Shown here piece by piece: positions 31,853-41,489 of a stretch of 64,000 nucleotides of DNA. The position numbers were made by a program, and so were the translations under genes. A model generated the notes under the pieces. That model made no database searches. It was not told the DNA's origin and saw only the letters and a program-made list of their open reading frames with translations. The stretch is from Candidatus Marinacidobacterales bacterium (GTDB taxonomy: Bacteria > Acidobacteriota > Vicinamibacteria > Marinacidobacterales > DATDRI01). Each line of letters starts with the position of its first letter. The stretch's first letter is position 1. The DNA is taken from the NCBI GenBank assembly GCA_965219415.1, contig CBDCNP010000002.1, positions 3,424,001-3,488,000 of the forward strand. The letters run 5' to 3'.

Positions 31853-33247
31853 ATGAGAGTGCTCGCTTCTTCGACCCTACTTCTTCTGGCGCTCCTGCCT
31901 CCTCCGCTCATCCCTGTCCAGCAGCCCACCGGGCTTGTGATTCGGGGAGGGTGGCTCTTCGATGGAACGGGCGACTCGCTGGAGGCAAACCGTGGCATAT
32001 GGATTCGACGCGGGAAGCTCATTCAAGTCGCCGGCGAGGTACCGGCGAGCGACGATGAAGTTATCACCCTTAGTGAGAGCGACTACATTCTGCCAGGATT
32101 TTTCGACCTCCACGCCCACTATGCGCTCGACCTTTTCGGGCGTGGCCGCGTCGATGATACCCGTGCCTATCCGGCCATCTTTCTCGCCAACGGCGTGACC
32201 TCGACTTTTCCCGCCGGGGAGGTGAACCCGGACCGGATGCGTGAGCTTCGCTTGCGGATAGATCGGGGCGAGTTACCCGGACCTCGCCTCTTCAACTCGG
32301 GGCCTTACTTTGGAAACGCGCGCTACGACTGGAACCCGGAGATGACACCGGAGGAGATCCGCCGCGAAGTCGACGCATGGGTTGCCAAGGGAGTCCGTGG
32401 CTTCAAGGCGAAAGGCATCAAGCCGCGGCAGCTCGAGGCTTTGATCGATCAAGCCCATCGACACGGGCTGACCGTCACCGGGCATCTGGATTCTGGCTTT
32501 GATGGCAGCGTGAATCCCCGGGACGCGATCCTCATGGGGATCGATAGGGTGGAGCATTTTCTAGGCGGAGACGTTCTGTCCCCAGACAAACCTTGGTACT
32601 CCTCGTTGGTTGACGTTGCGGCCGACGCCCCGGAGATCGCATCGATCGTGCGACTTTACCTGCAGCACCGGGTTTTCTTCGACGCGACCCTCGCCACTTA
32701 CGCCTGCGCCGGCCGCGCGGACCCAGAAGTCTGTGCTTCGTATGTAGACGAGCAGAAGTACCTGACGCCCTACATGCGAAAGGACTTCGAAGTGACTCCA
32801 CACAGCCAGCCGAGGGAGCTCTATGCGAACCTGTATCGCGTGAAGCGGTCGACGGTTCGAGCTTTCTACGAGGCGGGAGGTGGAGACCTCATCACGGTCG
32901 GTACCGATCGCAGCCGGGGACAGTATCTTTCCGGCTTCCACATTCACCGGGAGATTCATGCGTTGGTGCGGACAGGAATTCCTAACGCGGCCGTGCTCAA
33001 GTTCGCGACGCGCAACGCTGCCCGGGCGCTCGGCGTCGAAAGCTTACTTGGCACGATCGAGACGGGAAAGCTCGCCGACCTGGTTGTGGTTCGAGGAAAC
33101 CCACTCGAGGATATCCGCAATACCCGAAACGTTCGTCTCGTCGTCAAGGCGGGAGTGCCTTATGACCCGAAAGAGCTCCTTGCTTCCGCCGAGGGACGGA
33201 TCGGACCGGCCGGACCCACAGATGTCCCTAACTGGGTAAGATGGTAG
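31853..33247 (+). CDS. Secreted amidohydrolase family protein
   Basis: Signal peptide, ILPGFFDLHAH, ANGVT, VTGH, VEH, GTD, GTIETGKLADLVVVRGNPL. Confidence 0.92.
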   Translation: MRVLASSTLLLLALLPPPLIPVQQPTGLVIRGGWLFDGTGDSLEANRGIWIRRGKLIQVAGEVPASDDEVITLSESDYILPGFFDLHAHYALDLFGRGRVDDTRAYPAIFLANGVTSTFPAGEVNPDRMRELRLRIDRGELPGPRLFNSGPYFGNARYDWNPEMTPEEIRREVDAWVAKGVRGFKAKGIKPRQLEALIDQAHRHGLTVTGHLDSGFDGSVNPRDAILMGIDRVEHFLGGDVLSPDKPWYSSLVDVAADAPEIASIVRLYLQHRVFFDATLATYACAGRADPEVCASYVDEQKYLTPYMRKDFEVTPHSQPRELYANLYRVKRSTVRAFYEAGGGDLITVGTDRSRGQYLSGFHIHREIHALVRTGIPNAAVLKFATRNAARALGVESLLGTIETGKLADLVVVRGNPLEDIRNTRNVRLVVKAGVPYDPKELLASAEGRIGPAGPTDVPNWVRW

Positions 33248-33298
33248 TCTCGCCGGGCTACTATCCGGTGACCAGACCGGACGGGACGGCGGGGTTCC

Positions 33299-33445
33299 CG
33301 TCCTGTGCCAAAACTCGGCCCTTTAGAAATAGACCACAAATCAGCAGCTTAGACGCCCTTGGAATCCGCGCAGAATCCAGGGTATTTCGCGCCGCAGGGC
33401 TGACTTCCGACCCATGGGCTGGCGGATGAATAAATAGAAGGCACA
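33299..33445 (-). mobile_element. Family B MITE type 1
   Basis: Matches 26484-26630. Confidence 0.88.
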
Positions 33446-33688
33446 GGAGATTAGATCTTTCTTAATGCAATATAAATATCACCACATAAACACTTTAACT
33501 GTTTGTCCCGGTGGTCGGCCTGAAGATCGCGAACTAAATTTCTCACCCGGCGATGCCAGACCTGCGTATTCATAAAATAGGATGTCGTGCAAGGCTGATA
33601 CTGGCACAGAGGTCAGTTTCTCTATGGTGCCAAAAACCCGTTAGAGAATAGAGTCCATGCCGACGGCAAAAACCACCGAGAGCCACCC

Positions 33689-34356
33689 CGTCCTGTGCCA
33701 AAACTCGGCCCTTTTGAAAGACCATGGCTGTAATTTAATGCACCGTAAAGTCTTAGCGTCATTTTACCAACACTTAACGGCGGAAGCACCCATGAGGTCT
33801 GTGTGAGCAGCAGGGCTGCCCGATCGAACAACGGCTGCCTGACCAACAGTAGGATTTGCACATGGTACGTCATGATGGATCCGAAGATAACACCCTCGGG
33901 CCAGACGATTGTAAAGCCCACAGCCCTTGGCACCGTCGCAAAACACAGACGCTAAGCTGCTGATTTATCGGCTATTTCAAGAGGGCCGAGTTTTGGCACA
34001 GGACGGGAGCCTGTTGGTTTCCGGTGTGACGATACCGACGACTTCTGCCAAGAGTTTCCGGCCAAGCGCCTTACCCTTTACCGCGAGCCGATGTCGCTCG
34101 TCGTCCGTGAGGCGAAGCTTCCTCCCGCGAAGCCGAGCTTTGAGGACTCTGTTCTCCTCGAGCAAGTAGACGATAGCCGCCTGTTGGTCACGCTGGACCC
34201 AACCAGTGATGCCGACCACCAACCATGTCAAGGGCTGCATCGGCGTGCTCATGACCGAGGATTCTAGCTTCCATTGGCAAACCAAGCCTAGACACCTCTC
34301 ATCCGATACGGCCCGGCGCGCCGGTCTTGAGTTCGTTTGTGTTTTTGGACACGACG
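33689..34356. mobile_element. Nest: B end, half IS1-MITE, B right end (to 34005), family D left end and transposase 5' fragment
   Basis: YLLEENRVLKARL...LTDDERHRLAVKGKALGRKLL...VTPET on minus strand; terminus cgtcgtgtccaaaaac. Confidence 0.78.
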
Positions 34357-34383
34357 GCCGTCAAACTCGCCTGTCTGCTGCCG

Positions 34384-35695
34384 CTACTTCTTCGCGGGCA
34401 TCAGCTCTCTGAGCGCGATGACGGTAGCGATGACGCCGCTTCGGACCGCAGGCTCGGGCGCGATCTCGAAGAGTGGCGAATGGTGTGACGGCACCGGAGG
34501 CCCGCCTGCGGCTTCTCTTTCGAAACTCTCTTTGGGGGTGCCGCCAATCCCGAAGTAGGCGCTGGGGACGTAAGGCTCCATCGTCAAGAACGGAAAGTCC
34601 TCACCGCCCATCCCTTCTCGCTGATAGTCGGCGAAAGCGTCATCGCCGAGCTCCGAGCGCCAACGAGCCTCCAATCTCTTGACCAGAGTGGTGTCGTTCA
34701 CGGTGACGGGCACACCTCCCTTCATCTCGACGCGGGGAAGCCGCTCGTCCGGAAGTCCCGCGGCCCGGCCGATGTTCACTGCGATCCGTTCGATGCCCTC
34801 CAAGAGTTTCTGGCGGGTTTCCTGGGTGTCGGAGCGCACCGTGAGCTCGAGCACGGCTTCCTCGCCGATCACGTTACGCTTATTGCCGGCTCGGAATACA
34901 CCGACAGTTACGACGCCGGGCTCTCGCGGGCTCAGCTCTCTCGAAACCAGTTGCTGGAGTGCGACGACGATCTGCGCTCCAATGAGCACGGGGTCTTTTC
35001 CGCGGTGGGGACTCGCGCCATGGGCGCCGATGCCGGACACGATGATGTCCACGCTGTCGACACCCGAGTACGCCGCACTCTCGGCGACGTGGAGCTTTCC
35101 AGCTTCGATGTCGGCAGCCACATGAAAGGCGAGGGCGTAGTCCGGCTGGCCAAAGCGCTCCCACAGCCGATCCTGGTGCATCGCCTGAGCGCCCGAGATC
35201 TTCCACTCTTCCGCAGGCTGGCCGATGAGCATCAGCGTACCGGACCAGGAATCGAGCTCGGCGGCCATCCGTCGCGCCGTCCCCACGAGAGAGGTAATGT
35301 GCACGTCGTGCCCGCAAGCATGCATCACGGGAAATTCCTGTCCGTCGTCATTGACCTGCGTGACGGTCGAGGCGTATGGAAGATCGGCGAGCTCCTTCAC
35401 GGGAAGTCCGTCCATGTCGGCACGCATCATGACGAGGGGTCCGTCGCCATTCTCCATGATGGCCACCACGCCCGTTCTTCCGACACCCTCGGTAACCTCG
35501 AAACCCGCGTCGCGGAGCTCCTTGGCGAGTCGCGCCGCGGTCTTGACCTCGACGAACGACAGCTCGGGGTTCGCGTGAAAGTGCTTGAAGAGCGCGTCGA
35601 GGTGAGCATCGTAGTCCGCCTTGACCGCCGACTCGAGCTTGTCGTCGGCTCGCGATTCCACCGACAGTGTCACGAGAGTCGCAATGGCTACGCTT
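34384..35695 (-). CDS. M20 family amidohydrolase (hippurate hydrolase-like); signal peptide start replaced by an IS end
   Basis: HANPELSF, RADMDGLP, MHACGHD, QPAEE, GGEDF, HHSP. Confidence 0.88.
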
Positions 35696-35815
35696 GTTGC
35701 TAGGAACTTCCTATGCGGCGTCGCGGTGGTAATAACTGAGCAAGCCGCCCAATCGCTTACGACATCGCACCCTCCCGTGAGGACTGCCGACGCATTCTTC
35801 CGCTTCGAGCAACGC
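35696..35815 (-). mobile_element. Family D element 3' fragment
   Basis: GRVRCRKRLGGLLSYYHRDAA stop at 35711, then terminus ...ttcctagcaaca. Confidence 0.7.
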
Positions 35816-36262
35816 GTTCGACGATCCACAATCCCGCCTGCCTGCCATCGACCGGCTGGAGGACTTCCGTCCAGGCGGTTCCAGCTTGTACCGCCGTGTG
35901 CTGGTGCCCGCCACGGTCCACGGAGTCCGGGAGCTCGCTTGGGTCTACACGGTCGAGGCGACCCGCGTCAAACGGCGCCAGATCGTATCCGGCTGCTGGC
36001 CGAATTAATACGCTCACTGTCCGGTTGAAAACACAGACACTAAGCTGCTGATTTATCGTCTATTTCAAAAGGTCCGAGTTTTGGCACAGGACGGGGTGGG
36101 CGTCCTGGTCGCGTGCCCCGGTTGCGGTGCGCCCGCTGAGCACATCGAAGGCTGGCAAGAGACTGATTACAAGCACGACCGGAGCTACGTTGGCGCGAGA
36201 TGCACGGTGTGCGGGTGGTCAGAGAGCTCAGAAAAATAGGCTGCAGCAATTAGTCCCCGAGG

Positions 36263-36636
36263 GGTGCTTCCGCCATCAAGTGTTGGTGATACGACGCTAA
36301 GACTTTACGGTACATTAAGTTACAGCTAAAATAGCGCTCGTGACCTTCGCTGCGCGCTAAATGGAGCGTAAGCGCCTTTTTTGCAAAGGAATGCGTACAC
36401 ATCATCAACAGTAAACAGCGCAAGCACCACATCTTCTTGGCGACGACGATTCCTTTGTGGTCGCGGATCGAGGTTTTCGTGCTCAGTAGGGCGCGCAACC
36501 CGGTCTCTTCCGCACCTGTACCACTGCTCGCAGCCGCGTAGCAACACTTGATGGCGGAAGCACCCTAAATGGAGCGTAAGTGCCTCTTTTGAAAAGGGAT
36601 GCATATACATCACCAACAGTAAACAGCGCAAGCACC
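36263..36636. mobile_element. IS1-derived MITE + IS1 transposase 3' end + partial MITE
   Basis: MITE 36263-36428; 36429-36564 matches 53190-53327. Confidence 0.82.
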
Positions 36637-36678
36637 ATCATGGCTGCGACTCCCTGGATTGCGAATCGCCATCGTCGA

Positions 36679-37111
36679 CCTCTGGTTCAGCAGCCTCCGG
36701 CTCAGCAACCTCTGGTTCAGCAGCCCCTGGCTCAGCAGCCTCCGGTTCAGCAGCCTCCGGTTCAGCAACCTCTGGTTCAGCAGCCCCTGGCTCAGCAGCC
36801 TCCGGTTCAGCAGCCTCTGGTTCAGCAGCCTCTGGCTCAGCAGCCTCCGGTTCAGCAGCCTCCGGTTCAGCAGCCTCCGGTTCAGCAGCCTCTGGTTCAG
36901 CAGCCTCTGGCTCAGCAGCCTCTGGCTCAGCAGCCCCTGGCTCAGCAGCCTCCGGTTCAGCAGCCTCTAGCTCAGCAGCCTCTGGCTCAGCAACCTCTGG
37001 TTCAGCAGCCTCCGGTTCAGCAGCCTCTGGCTCAGCAGCCTCTGGCTCAGTAGCCTCCGGTTCAATAGCCTCCGGTTCAGCAGCCTCCGGTTCAGCAGCC
37101 TCCGGTTCAGC
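36679..37111 (-). repeat. 15-bp tandem repeat, about 29 units, encoding (AEPEA)n at the C-terminus of an IS-truncated gene
   Basis: Unit cagcagcctcYggYt; minus frame open to stop at 36638; variation largely at synonymous positions of that frame. Confidence 0.9.
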
Positions 37112-37112
37112 A

Positions 37113-38062
37113 CGTGAGGTCAAAATACTCATGCGGCTTCCCGATGGTAGAAACGTAGCAACCCGCCAAGCCGTTCACGGGAGCGCACCTTGCGCTCGGA
37201 CTGAGGTAACTGGTCGCTGGCTGGGAACAGCAGCAGATTCTCCCCCCAAGTGGCAACGGTCCTCGTGATAGTAGCTGATGTAAGCTCGTACGAGCCGGAT
37301 GAGATGATATGCGCCGAGAACCACGACGTGCTCAAGGAGCTCGCGACGGCAGCTGCCGACCCACCGCTCCGCGGTTCCGTTTTGCCATGGGCTGCGAAAC
37401 GAAGTGCGAACGGGTTTTGTGCCCGTTGCTTTGATGAACTCGATGACCGCAGCGCTAAAGATGAAGTCGCGGTCGAAGATGAGATATTTCGGAGCAGTGT
37501 CGTAGGGAAACGCCTCACGCAGTTGCTGAATAACCCAAGCAGACGTCGGGTGGAACGTGGCGTTGAAGTGAACGATGTGCCGACGGCCGTGCTCGATGAC
37601 GAAGAAGCCGTACAGCAGCCGGAGCGACGCGGTGGGCACGGTGAACAGATCCATGGCGGCGATATCGTCTTTATGGTTGCGCAAGAAAGCCATCCATCGC
37701 TTCAGCTGGTCGGGCTCCGCAGGATGCCGCGGTAGGTATCGCGACACCGTAATCTCGGAGATGATGAAACCGAGCTTGGTGAGCTCAGCATGGATGCGTG
37801 GCGCCCCCCAGCCGTCTTGCGCCATCGTGCGGACGAGGCGGCGAATCTCGGCATCAATCCGAGGCCGACCGGGATGGCGGCGCTGCGACATCTTTGCCCA
37901 GTACCGTCGGAATCGGTCGCGATGCCAACGGGCCACGAACCTCGAAGAGCAACCCCGTCCTGTGCCAAAACTCGGCCACTTTGAAATAGACCATAAATCA
38001 GCAGCTTAGTGTCTGTGTTTGCGACCGGGCCAAGGGCCGTGGGCTTTACAATCGTCTGGCCC
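37113..38062 (-). mobile_element. Chimera: family C right end, family E core fragment, family B right end
   Basis: C end 37113-37243; E fragment 37244-37955; B end from 37956. Confidence 0.85.
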
Positions 38063-38147
38063 GAGGGTGCTCTCTTCAGATCCAGTACCATCCATTGACC
38101 ACCAGCAGAGCCACCGGCGCACGCCGCTAGCCATCGCACTTCCTGGA

Positions 38148-39128
38148 TCAGCTGCCGGAAGAGAGAGCAAGCCGGTTTCCCGCATCGCCGAGCCATTCAT
38201 CCAGTTTCGACCACCGCCGCCGTCCCGAGACATTGCGCACGGCGATGGCCACAGCCTTCTTCTGGCCGACCAGCACAACCAGCCGTTTGCCGCGTGTCAC
38301 GCCGGTGTAGAGCAGATTCCGCTGCAACATAACGTAGTGCTGGGTCAGAACGGGGATGACGACGGCAGGATACTCCGAACCCTGGCTCTTGTGAATGGTT
38401 GCAGCGTATGCCGGAACCAGCGTGTCAAGCTCGCCGAAGCCATAGGCGACGGCGCGCCCGTCGAAATGCGCGGTCAGCTCGCCGTCATCGGGATCGACAT
38501 CGTCGATATAGCCGATGTCGCCGTTATAAACCTCCTTGTCATAATTGTTTTCGATCTGCATCACCTTGTCGCCGGGCGCGAAGGTCCAGCCGAAGCGCTC
38601 GACCTTGCGCTCTCCGGCTGGATTGAGGGCGGCCTGCAGCTCGATGTTGAGCGAGCGGGCGCCGACGCCGCCGCGGTTCATCGGGCACAGCACCTGGATG
38701 TCGCGGACCGGATCGAGCCCGAAGCGCTTTGGGATGCGCGTCTTCACCAATTCGATGATTCGCGACACCGCGGTTTCCGGGTTGTCCGCCTGCACGAAGT
38801 AGAAGTCGCTGTCGGCCTCGGGCTTCGAAAGATTGGGAATGAAACCCCGGTTGATCCCGTGCGCGCTGGTAACGATCCGGCTTCGCGCGGCCTGACGGAA
38901 AATCTCGGTCAGCCGCACGACCGAGACGGCACCGGAGGCGATGATGCTGGCCAGTACCTGGCCCGGACCGACCGAGGGCAGTTGGTCGATATCTCCCACG
39001 ATCAGTAGCGCGGCAGTGTCGGGGACCGCCTTCAGCAAGGCCTGCATCAGCATGACGTCCACCATCGAGGTCTCGTCAACGACCAGCAGGCCGCAATCGA
39101 GAGGGTTGTTGCCGTTGCGCTTGAACCC
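38148..39128 (-). pseudogene. recD2: RecD2-like SF1 helicase, C-terminal fragment
   Basis: [53 protein letters not shown]; Walker A lost at the B end. Confidence 0.92.
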
Positions 39129-39391
39129 CGTCCTGTGCCAAAACTCAGCCCTTTTGAAATAGCCCATAAATCAGCAACTTAGAGTCTGTGTTTGCGGCCG
39201 TGCCCAGGGCCGAGCGCGAACAAACGACGAAATCATGCAGGCATAGTCCCGGCAGATCGGAGACCGATCAGGTTCGGGGCGCGCGGATGAATAAATAGAA
39301 GGCACAGGCGGAGTTTCGCCGTCTTCGGCCCGGAATTCAAGCGGAGCGTAAGTCCTTGATTTCGTGGGCGGAGCAGTTTTGACGATGCACA
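39129..39391 (-). mobile_element. Family B MITE type 2 (39129-39306) plus family E left end
   Basis: Matches 30185-30362 and 17488-17573. Confidence 0.85.
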
Positions 39392-39402
39392 ACTGGCATG
39401 AC

Positions 39403-41151
39403 TCAGTTCGAGTTGACGAGTGAGGCCTTACCGGCATTGCCCGGGTAGTACCTGTCATGGTTCCCGGGTCCTGATTCCCGATCGGTGGACATGCCAGTCG
39501 CTGGTTCCAAGAAGTTATTCCTCGTATCACCGCGGGTCTCGGTGAGCTCCGACAGTCCTTGTTCGATGACCGATCGTAGCCAGGCGGTGAACTCTGGATG
39601 CGGGGCAAATCCAGTCCCGTACCGATACTTCAGACCATCGAGGTAACGCGTGGCCGAGCCCCGCCCGGTAGTGCGTACCGGGAGAACGAGCGCAATGCCG
39701 TCGTCTTTGGATGCAGCCTCCACATCAGCACGAATGGCCGCCACCGCGTCTCGCCGTTTATCGGGCCAGTCTTCCCTCCAAGTGTGGTAGCGGATCGCTC
39801 GGAAACCGTCCCAGTGCTCGCCGATATCCCGCGCCAAGCTCGCGAGCAGTTCGAGCCAGCGGTCGTTGACATCGTCGTTGCCGCTTCCATGCCCAACCAA
39901 CACGATGGTCTCTCGGTTGGGGGCGGTACTGATCTCGTCGACCCGATCGACAAGTGCCCGAGCGAGGTGCTGGCTAGCAGCTACACCTCCCGCAGTATGG
40001 AAGACAAGGCCGCTACGGACCCTTCGCGGAAAACTGCGATAATCGGGCCTCAGACCCAGCACGTATTCCGCCTTGGTTCGAAAACTGGACTCCATGAAGA
40101 ATATGCGCACCACCAATGCCGCCCGAACTCCCCGCACCTCGAGTTTTCGCACCGCGTTCTCGATGAGCAGAGGGTCGACCATGCTAAAGGCATCCTCAGT
40201 TACATACTCGTCACGAATAGGGGAGATTCCGCGACGCATGGTCTCGTTCCAATTGTAATCACTGCCGTGCGGCACCAGGATGACGCCGATGTCCTCTCGG
40301 CCGAGCGGCAAGGCGTGGTTCACGCTTTTTTGCAGCCAGTGGCCGACGTTCGCGTGCGGCAACACCCCCCGTCCGTCGGACACGATACCGGAGAATTCAC
40401 GCATTCTTCTTTTCAGGTAGCTCCACTCCGACATCATGGTCGTGTATTTCATTCCAAGACTGAACGGGACGACCAGAGTACGTTTCTCGCCGGTGCAGAC
40501 GGATTCCAGATCCTTCATCATTCCCTCGATGGATGCGCTGCGAGCCTCCTCGGTCTCGGCACCGTCATGGATGACGTAGAGGCGGCCGCCTGCTAGACCG
40601 TACTTCTTGGCCGCTCGATCCACCAGCGGTTCGAGGTCCTCCCGGATACCGGACTCTGCAGTGCTGGAGTTAGCGCCCGCCGTTATCACGACGAGTTGCT
40701 CGTTGCCGACATGCGAGGGGGCGAGCGCTTCGACGCGGTCAAAGAGGATTTCCTCCGCCAGGTAGCTTGCTCCCAGTGGAATGCCGAAGGAAACAAGCGG
40801 TCCTCCGAAAGCGTCGAGTACCCCTTGAGCCTTCTTGTAGAGCGCGTCGTGCTTGGACAAGAAAAGGGGCAGGACCACCACCCTCGCGGTCTGCCCTTCC
40901 GTTGGAAGAGACTTCCACACGTTGCGTAGGTTCTCCTCAGCCCGCTCTTGCGTGACGAACGCTAGTTGTGCGTCATCGACAGAGGTCGCGAAGTCCGCAA
41001 AAACTTCGCGGACTTCCTCGTTACCGAGAAAGCCTCGATCAGGTGCGATCACTAGAAATGCCGTGCGAGTGCCAGCCGTAGCAGTCGGTAAGCCTAGGCC
41101 TAACAACGGAACAACGATGATGAGCACTCTTAACGTTGTGGGTATACGCAA
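39403..41151 (-). CDS. Secreted protein with two tandem CbiX/SirB chelatase-like modules
   Basis: TTG start with RBS aaggag; signal peptide; module 2 GVILVPHGS...IVLVGHGSG; module 1 degenerate (FLVIAPDRG, VVVLPLFLSKH). Confidence 0.78.
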   Translation of the reverse strand: MRIPTTLRVLIIVVPLLGLGLPTATAGTRTAFLVIAPDRGFLGNEEVREVFADFATSVDDAQLAFVTQERAEENLRNVWKSLPTEGQTARVVVLPLFLSKHDALYKKAQGVLDAFGGPLVSFGIPLGASYLAEEILFDRVEALAPSHVGNEQLVVITAGANSSTAESGIREDLEPLVDRAAKKYGLAGGRLYVIHDGAETEEARSASIEGMMKDLESVCTGEKRTLVVPFSLGMKYTTMMSEWSYLKRRMREFSGIVSDGRGVLPHANVGHWLQKSVNHALPLGREDIGVILVPHGSDYNWNETMRRGISPIRDEYVTEDAFSMVDPLLIENAVRKLEVRGVRAALVVRIFFMESSFRTKAEYVLGLRPDYRSFPRRVRSGLVFHTAGGVAASQHLARALVDRVDEISTAPNRETIVLVGHGSGNDDVNDRWLELLASLARDIGEHWDGFRAIRYHTWREDWPDKRRDAVAAIRADVEAASKDDGIALVLPVRTTGRGSATRYLDGLKYRYGTGFAPHPEFTAWLRSVIEQGLSELTETRGDTRNNFLEPATGMSTDRESGPGNHDRYYPGNAGKASLVNSN

Positions 41152-41199
41152 TTTTGCGTCTCCTTGAATGTTATGCCTACGGCATGCCTCGGGCACTGC

Positions 41200-41340
41200 C
41201 TTGCTTTGCCTCGAGTACCGCCATCAGGTTCATTTTTGGTGCGTTGGTGATCCGGTGGCGCGGAAAGAACCGATTGAAAAAGGTCCGACGCCGCATCCAG
41301 CTCCCCTCGACGCGCCATGGTGTTGGCCAAATTCCCGCTT
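41200..41340 (-). pseudogene. Possible TPR remnant
   Basis: LANTMARRGELDAASDLFQSVL resembles one TPR; no intact ORF. Confidence 0.3.
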
Positions 41341-41489
41341 GAGTGTCAGAATGACGCAATTCACGCGCAGGTGGAAAGGTCGGTCCGGCAGCACTGATAC
41401 ACGGCCAATTGCGAACCGCTGGCTAGCGTTTCCGATTCGTGATGGCGATTGCATGCGTGTTCCCTTTCACTTTGGCTCGTCAGTCGTGG

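Noticed and set aside
33446-33688. AT-rich patch as an origin or regulatory hub
   Set aside because: No iterons or DnaA boxes seen; probably an orphaned intergenic sliver between B ends
36679-37111. CRISPR array or Q/P-rich protein on the plus strand
   Set aside because: Units are contiguous with no spacers, no cas genes are visible, and the plus frame has internal stops
38019-40596. Long antisense ORFs (329 aa, 332 aa) and similar shadows elsewhere
   Set aside because: They mirror well-supported opposite-strand genes in GC-rich DNA and show no family motifs
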